Source: Podarcis vaucheri
Lineage: Eukaryota
Reading direction: 5' to 3' (one strand)
Assembly: GCA_965113315.1 (NCBI GenBank)
Contig: OZ220374.1
DNA: 64,000 bases
A program made the translations under genes and the position numbers. The notes beneath the pieces were generated by a model that saw only the letters and a list, made by a program, of their open reading frames with translations, was not told the origin of the DNA and ran no database searches. Positions 62,931-64,000 of this stretch are shown in pieces; position 1 is the first letter of the stretch, and each line of letters starts with the position of its first letter.

Positions 62931-64000
62931 TTAAATTAAAGTGTTATGCAACGAAACTTATCTTGCTCCTGCACCTTGTCTTTGATATCATGGGGCTTCT
63001 CTTCGTATATTAGGTATTTTAGCTGCATTAAGTGGAATATGAATGTAACATAGGCATGGTTTGCATATAATGGTAAGCCAAAGTATGACTTATTAGGACC
63101 ATGCAAACATTCCGGCTCCCCGATAGGAGCTCACTCTCACTTCATTCTCCTTGGTCTTTTTAGCTCATTATGGCACAGCAGCAAAGCCAAGGTTTGGCTT
63201 AGCATGTCGTCCCAAATTGGGCTTAATATTTAAGCTCTCTCCTCCTTAGCTATGATCTGTAGCCAAGAACAAACCTCCCTGCGTTCTCCCCAGGAGCCAG
63301 CAGGTTTGCACATTCATGCTAAGCCACAGTTTGGAGTAGTGCTGTGTGTGAATGTGGCCAAAAACATGGTGTGTCTTCCATACGGGCATAATATGTCTCA
63401 GGATTGGTTAAAGCACTCTGCTCAAGCGTACACTTAGTAGCAAAGAACAAAGAAATGGTTTGCTGCTACGTAATGTTGTGGTGACCCTCCATAATTCTTC
63501 TACCTTCTAGCAGGAAAGGATGATTCCAAAGCTTTACTATTTGGCAACTCAAGTCAACTACCTACAATTGTAACACTTTTTGTTGTTGCTGCTTTATCTC
63601 ATTCTTTTCCAGCTGTACTTCGCCATTGTTCAATCTGGACTCCTGCCAGGTGCCTTCTGCTTCTCTGCTTTCGTAGAACTATAGCAGTTTGCCCCCACAT
63701 GCATTCCCACTAGCTTTGAATAAGAGCTTACCAGCCCATCATGCCCAGGAGTATTCTCAGCAGAGCTCCCTAACCCTGAAATTCTTCCTCTTGTTTGGAA
63801 TGAAAATTGAGATTATTACAAGTTTATGTGCCAATATTGTGCCTGTGTGGTCTGAATTAATCAGGCTAGGTGCTCAAAGCCTGCAGTTCCTGTTGGCGGG
63901 TGTTCAGAAGTTGATTACTTTAACCTCTTAACTCCTGATGAAACTGTGGTCGATTGATGAAATGGACTTTTTATTCTTAGTAAACATGGAGCAGCAGCCG

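Noticed and set aside
1-64000. Most of the 60-180 aa ORFs in the six-frame track
   Set aside because: No recognisable domains, many start at non-ATG codons, and their number fits chance or antisense frames of repeats

Overview
Vertebrate nuclear DNA from a squamate. Sauria SINEs, BovB, CR1, L2 and a Squam3-like SINE point to a lizard, probably a lacertid (inference). The window looks like intronic sequence of a large gene: AT-rich, CpG-depleted and dense in transposon remnants. These include six Sauria SINEs, CR1, L2, RTE-BovB and L1 fragments, seven Tc1/mariner-type MITEs, several hAT MITEs with 8-bp TSDs, two Penelope-type palindromes, and many microsatellites. There is no complete gene, prokaryotic system or CRISPR array, and almost all ORFs in the track are chance ORFs or TE fragments. 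Two signals stand out. (1) A candidate + strand coding exon at 11712-11934, which I could not assign to a gene, plus two nearby exon-like segments ending in the same phase; the predicted peptides carry SxIP-like, RVxF and SILK motifs. (2) A perfect 172-bp palindrome at 61868-62039 inside a 12-bp TSD, with a minimal hammerhead-ribozyme core on both strands and an older sister copy about 550 bp downstream. Repeat family names come from sequence recognition, not a database search.
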